From Lama guanicoe (taxonomy: Eukaryota): a DNA stretch of 61,671 bases. This document shows, one piece after another, positions 24,501 through 36,822 of this stretch (the stretch's first letter is position 1; each line of letters opens with the position of its first letter). Position numbers and translations under genes: made by a program. Under the pieces are notes generated by a model. The model made no database searches, was not told where the DNA came from, and saw nothing but the letters and a program-made list of their open reading frames with translations. The stretch is taken from the NCBI GenBank assembly GCA_013239625.1, contig MU053934.1:7272399-7334069 (forward strand). The letters are read 5' to 3'.

Positions 24501-27460
24501 GAACAAGATTTTGCTTTACAGTCGTATGCATCTACTTGGTATGGATCCAGATTTCCTTGAAACAAAATAAAATTAGATACTGAAGCTAATTATTTTTAAA
24601 AAATGGAGCAGTCTCAAGATGTGCATTCATCAAAAAAGTGACATTGCTCTTACTAGTTCACTTTATAGAACATAAATGATACAATCTTGAACTGGTAAAA
24701 GAAGTTGTCCACCTACACTTAGGTTATAAAATAAATGTCTCCCAATAAAATACTGCAATTGACTATGTGTAAGATATCATGGAAAGACTTCCACAGCTAA
24801 AAACATAAGGAGGTCTTGAAACCATGGTTGGAGACAGTGGGGCTCCAGACAAGGCTGCCCTTGGCCCCCAGACCAGCCATAACCAAAGGAGCTGCTGACC
24901 AGGAATGACCTTTCTCTCAGTATCTGTGCCTGACTTTTTGAACCACCATCTGTGAAACACTGGACAGAGGCTCTGCTTCGGGGGTGCCCATGTCTCACCC
25001 AGGTGGGGGAGGCATTTGCAGGTGGGATGGACTCCCCCCCTCCACTCACCCAGGGCCAGAGGTTATATGTGGCTCAAAGCTACTGTCATGGCAGTAGTAC
25101 AGAAGCAGTGGCGGAGGTTGGGCTCCCAACCCTACCCTGGTTAAATATTTAATTGGGTCCTGGTCACTTTCTGGTGTTGGAAGAAAGGAGGAGGAGAGGC
25201 CTGAGCCAGGCAGGTCCAGTTTTATCTTTTGCTAAAAAGAATTTTTTCCACTAGGCAATTAAGAAAGTATAGGACTCAGGCAAAGGCTCAGGGGTTCCTT
25301 GTTTTTTTATTTTTGTTTGTTTGTCTGTTTGTTTTGATTTTTGCTTTGTTTTTGTAGACTTTATTCTTTAGAGCAGTTTTAGGTTTGCAACTTTAGGCAT
25401 GTCACCTCACCTCCTGGCCTCAACGTCCTCGTCCGGACAGGGGAATGGCAGCTCACCCCTACTAGACAGGGCGCCTGGAGGAGTTTAACACACAGCGTCC
25501 AGTGCACAATATTGCCCAACCAGTGCTGGTATCGGCCCACACCATTAAGCACCTGCTTGTCAGATCCACCTCCTTGCCTGTAAAGGGGAGAGTGGGCAGG
25601 GGAGGTGGGGGACAGACATTCCAGCTCCCTCTCTCTCTCCCCCACTTCTCCTGCACTTCCTGCCCCAAGAGAAGCAGAGCACGTTTCAGGGAAGGAGAAG
25701 TTGCTGCTCAGGGGAGCACCGGGCCCACCGGTACTATCACCCAAGGAGGAATGCAGGCACCTCCCTCCATATCACAGGCCACCCCACCCTGCTGCCGCGT
25801 TCCCACTCCCACAGCCCTCTGCTCCTCCCAGGCCCCATTCAGCCCCCATCTCATCTCCCTGTTCACCCTTCTCCCTCTGGGGGAACCTTCAACCAAGTCT
25901 GAGACCCATCAGAATCCACCCTCCCATCCAGACAGCTCCGCTGGGGACAAGGGGTGGGGGAGGCCAACTCCACGTCAAGTTCAAGCAATTCCTGTGCCCA
26001 GTGGACTGCCCACCTGTGGCCACCCACTTTCTCCTCTCTGGGAAGCAGGTATAGATCCACACCAGAGCCTACCAGGGTGGGTCACAGATGGCTTTGAACC
26101 ATCTGAACTAGAGCTATGTACACACCATGGCAGGAGCTCAGAAGTGTATGTGACAAAGGACTATTCCTTTGCTTCTCCAGGGGCATGAATGATGGATAGT
26201 AGTTCAGAATGGGTGGTCAGCAGGTAAAAGGATGACCAGGTGAGTCCTTCTTTCATTCTAAGGTGAGGAAGCAGAGGCCCAGGGAAGTCAGGTGGGTTGC
26301 TGGAGGTTTTCCAGCCATCAAGGCCAGAGACCTCTCTCAAACCTGAGCCTCCTGGCTCCTTCTCCTGCGTTCTTTCCTTCTGCACAGAAACCCTATCTCT
26401 CCCTCCCACACAGCAGATATGTGATGCTGGGAACCAGGCTGGTCATGAATGAAAAATACTCAGTCCCCACTTTCCAGCAACTCATGTTGGTGGGGGCCAG
26501 AGGAGGCAGGTTGTGAGCAGTGTTTGAGAGAGGCCCAAGCAGTGCACTGGGTGGGGGGCCTGGAGGTCTCCTGAGAAAAGCAGAGTAGGAGCACGTCCTG
26601 GAAGTTATACAGGGCAGGACTTGGAAGGACACATCTGAGTGGTGGGGGCGGGGGTAGGGGAGTGGGAGGGCAGGCAGTGGGAGCGAGGGGTTGTCGGCCT
26701 GAGCTGCATCACAGGCAGATTCCTAAAGGCCATAGGCAAACAGCCCTCCTTACAAAGTCAGGGGTGGCCAGCCAAGGGCACAATCCCAGGAGCCATCCTC
26801 TGGGCATTTGGGTCCTGGCAGTTCCTGGGTGGGCTGGGGTGTGGGAGAGGCCAGCCAAGGCCACCTCCCTCTGTCCCTCCGGCATCTGAACACGCCCTTC
26901 CTGTTGTGACAACTCTATTCTCTGTGCAACTGGTTCCAGCCTGTGGCTCCGGTTTCAAATTGTGGCTGTGTGCTCACTGAGGCTTCTGGAAGTATCCCGT
27001 GGGCCCTGTGGAAAGCTGGCTGGCTAAGCACAGCCTGGCTTAATTACAGGTCCCAGCTTCCCTGTTTTGTGCCCAGACAGCAGGTGCCGGGAGTCAGGCC
27101 CGCCCCGAGACTAGGCCTGGGAGACTGCCACCACTCACAGGCTCGTGCAGTTGGGCAGGCGGTCAGGCTTCACCCTGCACCTGCTGGGAGAGATCACATG
27201 CTGGGTGACTGGAGAGGGCCCCAGAGGCTGAACTGGCCCTGGCTTCTCCCAGCCCCCAATAACTATCACAGCTGCTGCCCAAATGACCCCTCCCAAGGTG
27301 ACAGCCCCCCAGTGGTGCTTTACACGTGAGAACTGGTGCTTCCTCCCAACGACTCCCTTTGCACTGGGGACCTGAGAGGTCAAGTGGCGTGTCCAAAGTC
27401 ATAGACTTGCCCTTCACCCTACCCCACACCCCGCTGAGTCTCACAGTAAAGAGGGCATGG

Positions 27461-27562
27461 GAAACGAGTATATGTATGTATACGCATGACTGGGACATTG
27501 TGCTGTACACCAGAAATTGACACATTGTAACTGACTATACTTCAATTCAAAAAAAAAAAAAA
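27461..27562 (+). mobile_element. Very short (~100 bp) L1 3'-tail insertion with poly(A) and a 13-bp TSD
   Basis: TSD AAAGAGGGCATGG at 27448-27460 and 27563-27575; the insert resembles an L1 3'UTR terminus (tgtacaccagaaattgacacattgtaactgactatacttcaat). Confidence 0.85.
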
Positions 27563-27756
27563 AAAGAGGGCATGGAGAGAGCAGAGGCCATGTCACTGGC
27601 GAGTGTCCCCAGCCTGGGGCCTCCCTGACCACTGACCTTGGAGCCTGGCCCAATGTCAGGGACTATTTCTAGGCACTTGCTCTGTGGTGCCCTCACCTGT
27701 CTAGCGCACCTGCTCTCTTCCACTTCCTTGATGTGCCTTCACCTGTAAAATGGCCT

Positions 27757-28400
27757 CAATTTACAGAAAAGTTGATCAAAAAGTACAGAGCTCCCACCTG
27801 TCTACCTCAGCACCCACCCCCCTAATTTCCCCTGTGATTTACATCCATGTTAGTGTGGTACATTTGTTATAATTGATGAACCAATATTAAATATTACTAG
27901 TAACTAAAATTCATAGCTTGCATTAGGCTTTATTCTTTGTGTTGCACAGCCTGTGGATATTGACCTGTGCATAATGACATGTGTCCATCCTTATATCACA
28001 CAAATAGCTCCACTGCCCTGAAAAGCCCCCGTGCTCTGCCTATTCGCCCCTCTCTCCACCCTCAGCCTCTGGCAACCACTGATCGTTTTACTGTCACCAT
28101 AGTTTTGCCTTTTCCAGAATGTCACAGAGCTGGAATCATACATTCTGTAGCCTTTTCAGACTGGCTTCTCTACTTAGCAATACAGTTTCCTCCATGTCTT
28201 ATTGTGGCTTGATAGCTCATTTCTTTTCATCTCTGATAATATTCCATTGCCTGAATGTACCACAATTTATTTGTCCATTCAGCCATTGAAGGACGTCTTT
28301 GTAGCTTCCAAATTTGGGCCATTATGAATAAAGCTGCTATAAACATCCTTGAGCAGATTTTTGTGTGGACATAATTTCTCAACTCATTTGGGTAAATACC
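27757..28400 (-). mobile_element. Ancient L1M 3' fragment
   Basis: Reverse-complement L1 3'-region motifs (attatgaataaagctgctataaacat; ttttgccttttccagaatgtc). Confidence 0.75.
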
Positions 28401-28864
28401 AAAGAATGGTAAATTTTTTTTTTTTTGGTAAGGAATCATTTCTTATTTATAGACTTTTGGGTCATAGAAACGTAAGATCAGAAAAAGCACCTATGAGAAT
28501 TTTGAGTAAATATGTATAGAGTTATGGGGAAATATTTGAGGCCACCAGAACCACAGTCCAGCTGGGCAGGGGTGGGGGGGCGGCGCGGGGTGGGGTGCGG
28601 CTGGAGGGGAGGGAGGATGATTTAGTGGGAGGAGAGAAGGATGAGAGGGAGGTAAGTGTGGAACACCAACCCACCTGCCAGGTGCTGTCTTATCACCAAG
28701 GCCTGAAAAGTCGAGGGCAGACAGAGGAGAGTGGCAGGGGCTGTGTCAGAAGATGGTTTAAAGCCTCAAGGACATGATGTTTTAACTGGCCTCAAGAATG
28801 GGCAGGATTTCAGCAGGGGGGTGGGGGGAAGTTGCCAGTTTGTAGGAACAGTGTGAGCTATGGT

Positions 28865-29010
28865 TTTTTTGTTTGTTTGTTTTTGGTGGAGGTAATTTGG
28901 TTTCTATTTGTTTATTTATTTTAATGGAGATACTAGGGATTGAACCCAGGACCTCATGCATGCTAAGCACGCGCTCTACCACTGAGCTATACCCTTCCCC
29001 TCGTCCCACC
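28865..29010 (-). mobile_element. tRNA-Ala-derived SINE (camelid Vic-1-like)
   Basis: Head gggtatagctcagtggtagagcgcgtgcttagcatgcatgaggtcctgggttcaatcc, A-rich tail, TSD GAGCT(A/G)TGGT at 28855 and 29011. Confidence 0.9.
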
Positions 29011-30629
29011 GAGCTGTGGTCTTGAGGCAGGACTGTCGGGCAGAGATGGCACATGCGTGGCTGGCCTGGGGGTTCAACCACACCTGCAAATAGGAAAGCT
29101 GCTCCAGGCCAAGTGACAAGGCTTTCCAGGTGCAGGTGGGGAGCTGATGCTCCGAAGACGCTGCCAAGCCAAAGGGATTCCTGGGTGGCTGTTAAAATTT
29201 TCCATTTGTCCTCCTGCTTCCTTTCTGTCTCAAAGCCCTTCTGTTTGAGCTCATGCCTGGAGGAATGAGACACCCTCCTAGCAGGAAGTGAGTGCAACAT
29301 CACCATAACTGACCCCCCCCCCATTTTTATAGCTGTGACTCAGCCCTCACCCAGCCCAGGGCTCTGCCATTTCACCCTCCCTTGGCTCTTGCCCACATTC
29401 TGGCTCCCCAGCTGGGCTGCTCTCCTCCACCAGCTGGTGGGTGGGACCTGGAAACTGCCTGCCAGGGGGCAGTGGGAACGGAGGAGGTGGACCCAACAAC
29501 AAAGATTTATGATCATCACCACTAAGAATAGCAGGACAGCAACCAGGGAAGCCAGGGTCCAGGTGCACAAGCTCTGCCATTCCTCTGCCCACCTGGCAGG
29601 TGAGGATTGTCATCACCCTCATGTCATCATGCTCACTTAGGAGACAAGAAAACAGATTCAGAGAGGTGAAGGCACTGGCCCATGGTCACACAGTCAGTCA
29701 ATGGACAAGGGCTCTCCCAGGGACTCAGACTCCCGAGTCAGCATTGGCAGTCAGAGATTTACTGAGCACCTACTCTCCATCATCCACTCTTCTGGGTGCT
29801 GGGGCTGCTGAGCTGAATGAGATGACAAGTCCCTGCCCTCTTGGGGCGGACCCCTATGCGGGAAAGGGCTACTCCACAAGTCAGCAAGTGAGCAGAAAAT
29901 CCACTCTCAGGGCTCTGGAGCCTGGCCCGTCCTCTCCCCCCGGCGGTGCTTGGGCTGGCACAAGCACACTGCTCTCTTTCCTTCCCATGCCCTGAAATGA
30001 CTCTTCCCCTTTTCCAGAAGCACCAGATCAAAATTCTAGGTCACCTCTGAACGTTGGGACTGTGCAGCACAGGAAATTCCTAGAGGCTCAGAGGCAGAGA
30101 GGCCCTGCCAGCCGCCTGTGCCAGCCTTCTCCGTGACGTGCATTCTCTACTGCACCCTAGGGTACCAGGGGAGTGGTACCCTCCCTGTGACCTCAGGCTC
30201 ACTGCCTCATGAGATGAACCATTCTGCACCTGGGCAATGCTAACAAAAAAGCCAATGTCTACCTCCCCACTTCTGCCCGCTGCTCCTGGTTCTGCCTTTT
30301 GAAACAACCCCAATGCATATTAGTCCTCCTCACCTAACAGCCCTTCCATATTCTGTGTCACCCCTGAATCTTCTCTTCTTGAGACTAAATTTTTTCACAT
30401 TTTAAACCATTCCTCACACACCTTCTGGCCTTTCTTTGGCTTGTCGGCTTGTCAGTGCACCCCAGTGTCTGCTGCCCTCTAGTTCTTCCTTATTTCAGCC
30501 TGAGGATGGACAGCAATGCCTGGGGTCAGCAGGAGCCACACAGGAGAGGGCACAGACCACCACACATGAGCAGCATCTTAGGGTCCTTCGGTCAGTCATT
30601 CAGCCATCATCCACCTAGGGCAAGCTACA

Positions 30630-31090
30630 CACAGGATCAGCACCAGGCAGGTGGTCTGGTGCCCTCACGGAGCTGATGGTTTTGTAGGGGAGAAAGGTAA
30701 AAAACAAGTAAATACCTAAGATAACTTCAGATAGTGATCAATGCTTTGAGGAAAATCAAAGAAGATGATGAAAGACTGCGGCTAGAGGGAAGATCATGAA
30801 AGCTTCTCTGAAGAAGGTGCTCCCAACGATGAGAAACACCAGCCCTACAAAGATCAAGGGAAAGAGAATTCCAGGTAGAGGGGACTGCCAGTGCAAAGGC
30901 CCTGAGGCAGAGGTCAGCACGGCTCATTCAAAAGCCACTATGGCTTCAGAAAAATGAGCAAGGGCAGAAGGGAGACTGTGGTGGGAGGCCAGAGAGATAA
31001 GGAGCTTGGGTTTATTCTAAGTCCCAGAAGAAGTTCCTTTCAATTAAGTTCCTTTCATTAAGTCTCCGATATGATCTGAGTTATGCTTTA
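30630..31090. mobile_element. L2 LINE fragment
   Basis: agaattccaggtagagggactgccagtgcaaaggccctgagg is a typical L2 motif. Similar fragments lie near 330-590 and 32500-33030. Confidence 0.6.
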
Positions 31091-31199
31091 AAATTTAAGA
31101 GAAAGGAGAGACCAGTGTAGACAAGATTCTTCATGGAAGAGTCAGTGAAAGCTTCTGCTGCAGAATTAGAGAAAAGTCACAATCTCCTATGATTCCTCC

Positions 31200-32020
31200 C
31201 AAGAAGACACAGGAATAAGTACATGAAAAGATGCTGAACATCATAAGTCACTAGGGAAGTGCAAATCAAAGCCACAGTGAGATACCACGTCACATCCATA
31301 AGGATGGCTATAATTAAAAGTCAAATAATGAGTGTTAGCAAGGATGCGGAGAAATTGGAGCCCTTCCTACACTGCTGGGTAGGAATGTAAAATGGTACAG
31401 TTGCTTTAGAAATAATTTGGCAGTTTCTTAAAAAGTTAAACATTTATTTACCCACGACCTAGCAATTTCACTCCGAGCTATCCCCCCAAGAGAAAGGGAA
31501 ACATTTGTCCACATGAAGACTTGCACATAAATGCTCATAGCAGCATTATTCACAATGGCTAACAACTCAAATGCCATCAACCTGGAAACGGATAAATAAA
31601 ATGTGGTATCTCTATCCATATGATGGAATATTATTCATCAATAAAAAGATATGAAATGCTGATACATGCTACCATGTGCGTGGACCACGATGCTATGTGA
31701 AAGAAGCTAGATGCAAAACAAAAGAAAAACAAAACAAACAAACAAACAAACCTTCCACATATTGTAAGATTCCATTTACATGAAATGTCTAAAAAAAGGC
31801 AAATCAATTGAAACAAAGTAGCTTAGTGGTTGCCGGAGGCTGGAGGTAGGAATAAGGAGTTATTGCAAATGGGCACAAGAGATCTTGTGGGAGTGATGGA
31901 GATGATGTAAAATCGGATTCTGGCGAGCATTGCACAACTCTAAATTTACAAAAATCATTTAATTGTACACTTAAAATAAGTGTGTTTATGGTATATAAAT
32001 GACACCTCAATAAATCTGTC
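31200..32020 (+). mobile_element. Ancient L1MB-like 3' fragment
   Basis: gaaaagatgctgaacatca...gcaaatcaaagccacagtgagatacc, ending cacctcaataaa. Confidence 0.8.
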
Positions 32021-32039
32021 CAAAAAGATGCTTTCTCTA

Positions 32040-32173
32040 GGGGGAGGGTATAGCTCAGTGGTAGAACACGTGCTTAGCATACACAAGGTCCTTGTTCAAC
32101 CTCCAGTACCTCCATTAAATAAATAAACAAATAAATAAACCTAATTACCTACCCCCCCACCAAAAAAAAAAAA
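32040..32173 (+). mobile_element. tRNA-Ala-derived SINE (Vic-1-like)
   Basis: ggggagggtatagctcagtggtagaac...cctaattacct...poly(A). Confidence 0.9.
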
Positions 32174-35100
32174 GCTTTCTCCTCCAGCACTCAATGGATT
32201 TTATGCTCCATGACAGCAGAGATTGGCCCATCTTGTTGAGCAAAGTGTCCCCAGGATCTCAGACAGCTATGGTACCTAGGGAGCATTCAGTAACTACCAG
32301 TAGAATGAATGAATGAATGAATGAATGAAGCCTACAACCAGCAATCATCCTCAGCTGGGTGCATAATCCCTCAGAATCACCCTCTCCCTTCGCTCCCTCA
32401 AATTCCATCTTGAAAAACTTGTCTCCATGGCTGATCTACTTCCTAGTGAATCTTCTGCCACACTGTGACTCTGGCCCACCAGACCCACCCCAGGCCCTGG
32501 CAGTGAAGTCCCATAGCCCCTCTCAGGGCTGAGCTCCCATGACCCAGCTCTCGTCACAGTGTCCTACATCCTGGCTTCCATGAGATGCTGAGCAGAGCTC
32601 CTCACCCCTCTCTGCCTGCTCCTTCTCACCCTCTTATTGTCCTCCTGTGCCCTTGGACAATCTCCCGGAGCATCCATTCCCAGCTCCATGCTGATGGCCC
32701 TCAATTCTATACCACAGTTCAACTTCAGACCCTCAAGTGCCAATGTGACATCCCACTGGAGTGTCCCCAAGATTCCTCAAGCTCAACACCCCTAAAAGTA
32801 TACTCGTCATCTTCCCTGAGCCCTGCTCACCTACAGAGCACCACCATGAATGGGACCTCCTTCCAGAAACCTGGGCATCCTGCTGGGGGTCTCTCTCCCC
32901 TTCTTCACTTATCCTCCCCGCCAAGTCCTGTCAAAGATACTACTTCCAAATATCTCTTTTCTCTCCAGAACACCATCCTCTATCATCTGGGTGACCATTC
33001 TCCCATCTGTCCTCCACATTGTAACCTGGGTGACCTTTTATAGGTTAAAATTCTTCTGGTTGCAGACAACTCTTGCTAGCTCTGGCTAAAAATAGCGGTG
33101 GTGTTACAGGAAGGAGACAGCCAGTGTTCCGTGCTATTGAAGGAAGAACTGGATGGTCAGGACTAGGGAAAGAAAGTGACTGGACGGCCTCCAGCCTCAG
33201 CCTCTGAAGCTCATGATCCTTTCTGAAACATCCTCCACCTCAACAATCAGCCTTGAAATCCATCAGCTTTGTAGTTTCAGCTGGGTCAGCTTGGGGCCCA
33301 GCCTGACCCAAGCAGCACAGACACATCCCAGGGGTCCACTCAGGGGACCAAACTCCTTCCAGACCAGGAGAATCACCTGTGCCCACCCCCTGAACAAATC
33401 AGATCAGATCACTCGCCTAATCTTGAGAAACTGTCCAGACACAACCCTGAGAGCCAGCCTCTCTCACCCATTGCCCCCTACCCCTCCAAAGCCTCTGCCC
33501 AGTTGCAGTCAGCTCCTTCCAGGCCCGTCACGGCCCCTCCTAGGGACACTTGAGCAGCCCGCCCTCTGTTCTCACCCTCCTCTTGGAATATTCCTTTATC
33601 GTCTCTCCCCTTCAGACTGAACTCTGTAGAACAAGACTCACCAGTCTCGTTCAGGGCTGTGCCCCCAGCACACAGTGCTGTCAAATCACTGATGCTCCTT
33701 CAGTACTGGGTGATTTGATGGGAAAGTGGGGAATTCTGGGTCCTGGGAGAGGTTTCTGCCTGGAAAAGCCATGTATAAGATGAATTTGCCTGTAAGTCCA
33801 GCTTCCCTGTAGACTGATTTTCATTCTTATTCTGAAAGTTCTGACTTCATTTCAGCAGTACAAGATTCAGGACCTAAAAGCAAACCAGTGACTTTCTCGC
33901 TACACAGTCATTACATGGAAGCAATACTATATCATAGCCCTGAGTAATAGAACCTCACTGAACTGCTCCTGGAAAGTACTTTAATTAACATGAAACACAG
34001 CAAAGTTGACTTAATTCTGTTTGCAAGGCTCAAACCCCTTTTACACACATGCCCCCTGCTGGTCAACAGAGAATTGCTCCTGACTCTAAAGCTCTGCTGC
34101 CAGGTGTACAGAAGCCTTCTCCACCAACCCTCCCACCCTGCATACCCGCCTTAGTTCACATCCTCAGCTCTTCACTGCTATGCTTCCCTCCAGCCTCTCC
34201 CTACCTCAATCATCCTCTGAACCACCTACAGAGTCACCTCTCTAAGAATACCTCCCTTGTCACTCTACTCCCCAAAATATTCAATGGCTCCTTGGTGCCT
34301 ATGGAATCGGTCCAAATTCTTTATCTTAGCATCCAAGATCCTTCATAATCTGGCCCTAATCATTGTTCTGAAATTACCCCCCACTATTCCCCAGCCTCCC
34401 ATCCAGCTTCCTCTTATTCTTTAAGACACAGCTTGAAGAAACCACCCTGGAACCCCCAGCCCACCCAGAACACAACTGTTGGAGCATGTATTGTTCCTGC
34501 AACTTCTCTGGCACTGAGCCTATGCTGTCTTTTTCATTGTTCTTATAAGATACATTTTGTGAACTCCTTGAGGGCAGACACCAGGTCTTAAATCTAAAGT
34601 TACAGCAAAAATGTCAACTAACACTGATATGGCGCTTTTGCAATCATTAACTTCCCTCTTCATAATGGCCATGCGAGGTAGGTGGGGCACAGATTATAAT
34701 CTCCACCAGGCAGATGAGGAAGAAAAACCCAGAGAGGCTGTGTAATTTGCTTGCAGTCGCCCCACAAACAAGCAGCAGAACAAGGAGAGGGCTTGGGTCT
34801 TCTGACAGCTGATTCTGTCTTTGTTCCGTTACCCACTGCAGTCTCTCTCATGCAGCTTCCAATTTCCCAAACCTTAAGTACGGCAAGGGACAACCAAGGT
34901 TTGTGAATTTTATAATCTCCAATTTCAGCCCCTGGATGCTGTCCTGCTACCACAGTGACCCGGTGTTTCTTTGTTGATGCAGCCTCCACTTCTGGCCTTC
35001 CAATAGGAAGCAGCTCCCTGTACTGGAAAAAGCTGGGAGGGAAGTCACATGCTCCAGGTCCCAGTGCAACCTCTCTCTGCCCCTCGCCAACTGTGCGACC

Positions 35101-35194
35101 CTGGGGAGCCACCTCCTCCCCTGCATGAAGGGCTGGGCAGCATCCTCTGTCTCTTAAATTAGGTGCTGGGTGTTTTGTAGTTGTTGTTGTTAAT

Positions 35195-35370
35195 GTTTTT
35201 ATTGAAAGATAGTCAGTTTACAATGTTGTGTCAATTTCTGGTGTCCAGCACAATGCTTCAGTCATACATAAACATACATATATTTGTTTTTCATATTCTC
35301 TTTCACCATAAGTTACTACGGGATACTGAATATAGTTCCCTGTGCTATTTAGTATAAACTTGTTGTTTAT
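35195..35370 (-). mobile_element. Short L1 3'-tail fragment
   Basis: Similar to 55410-55580 and to the reverse complement of the 27.5-kb insert. Confidence 0.75.
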
Positions 35371-35864
35371 GTTTGTTTGTTTGTAATTTAATAGATCCTT
35401 AAGGCTTTGTGGAAAATGTAACTTGCAGAAGTTAAATAACTACACTGCTGCCCCCCAGCAGCACCTGGGCCTGCCTGGCTCTCTCCCCACCTCCCCGCAC
35501 CTCGCAGTAAGGGAGGTGGTGGCATTCCTGTGCAGCAACCCTGGAGGCCAGCTTCCTGTTCCAAGCTGCTGCCGAGGCTCCACCTTTATTCCCTGTAGCA
35601 CCAACAGAAAAGAAAAAATGTATTTACCTGTTTCTAAGACTCAACAGGGCCTCTGCCAACCTTGGGGAAGGAGTCAATCTTTCTTAAAACTCAGCCAGAC
35701 CAAAACTAGTGAAATTCCCCATGTTAAGTCATTAAACATTCACATATTCTTATGCTCTGCCTGCAAAGACAGCCAGGAACATCCCTGTGGGGGAACAGGG
35801 TGGGTGGACGTCTTGTTGCTTAGAGGGAGGTCGTGCCTGGGAGTCATGGCTGCTCAGAAGAGGG

Positions 35865-36822
35865 TGTTAGTGATACAGGAAGAAGTGCGGGGCACAAGAG
35901 GATGGCTGTGTCCCAGGTCTCCGTTGAGTCCCTGGGATGTGCCCTGCCATCAAGTGTGGGTCCTTGGCTTCGTGCAGGAAAGAACTCAAGAGTGAGTTAC
36001 AGTTGAGTAAAAGTAGCTTTATTTAGAGAGTTGTACATGGTGGGGTGGGGTGGGACTGGTTAATGTAAAGGTAGATACACACTCCATAGACAGAGCGCAG
36101 GCTGTCTCGGAAGGCAAGAGAGAGAGAGGGACTGCATAGCACGGTGTTACTAGTTTTTCTGTGCTCACAAGTGGGAGGATTGATCCAACTGCTTTGGGGA
36201 AGGGGCGGGGATTCCCAGGAATTGGCCACTGACCTCTCTTTGACCTCTCATGGGCAGCCTCAGCACTGTCATGGTGCCTGTGTGTGTGTCGTTCACCAGG
36301 CTAGGACACTGCAGTGTGCATAAAGAAGCTCAAAGTCCTCTGGAGGGTGAAACTCCCGCCATCTTGGGCCTCCCAGTCTGTTGGGGGTTGACTTTTCTGC
36401 CATCTTGGTGCTAATCCTGTGTCGTTCCTTTAATGGCTGTGCCCCGCTCCCTTCCCTCCTCTTGTTGGGAAGGACTTTAGGGCACTGGGTGATGTGCAGG
36501 TCTAAGGAGGTCGGCTTTAGTCTAGGCTAGGGGCTCTCAGGAAGGGCCGGGGATTCTGTGATCAGGTATCTTAGTAGACCTTGTCTACAGGGAGGGGAGC
36601 CTGCAAGAGGCAAGAGGGGTGATGGTGAAGTCACTCCTGTAGCCGGGACAGGTGGTCATTTGTGGCCTGGACAATGTTCATGCTGTTGTTCATGTTCAGA
36701 CATGATTGTGGAAAGGTTTTGTCTTAATTATCAGTTACAGAGTGGCCTGGTCTGACACTGTGTTCTGTGTGATTGTTTATGTTCCACCGAACTGTGAGGG
36801 CCAGGCCGGCTCCTGGTTGTCA
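35865..36822 (-). mobile_element. ERV1-class LTR-derived sequence (MER31/MER67-like; possibly two adjacent or nested LTRs)
   Basis: gggtccttggcttcgtgcaggaaagaactcaagagtgag...gctttattt...cactccatagacagagc is typical of reverse-oriented MER4-group LTRs; minus-strand AATAAA near 36020. Boundaries are approximate. Confidence 0.55.

Noticed and set aside
25502..26188. 228-aa ORF on the plus strand
   Set aside because: Non-ATG start, P/S-rich, no recognisable motif or exon structure; a chance ORF in GC-rich DNA.
28925..28996. Near-complete tRNA-Ala(AGC)-like sequence on the minus strand
   Set aside because: The acceptor stem is broken (5' AAGGGTA vs 3' TATCTCC). It has a SINE tail and TSD, and five similar copies occur in the window, so it is a SINE head, not a tRNA gene.
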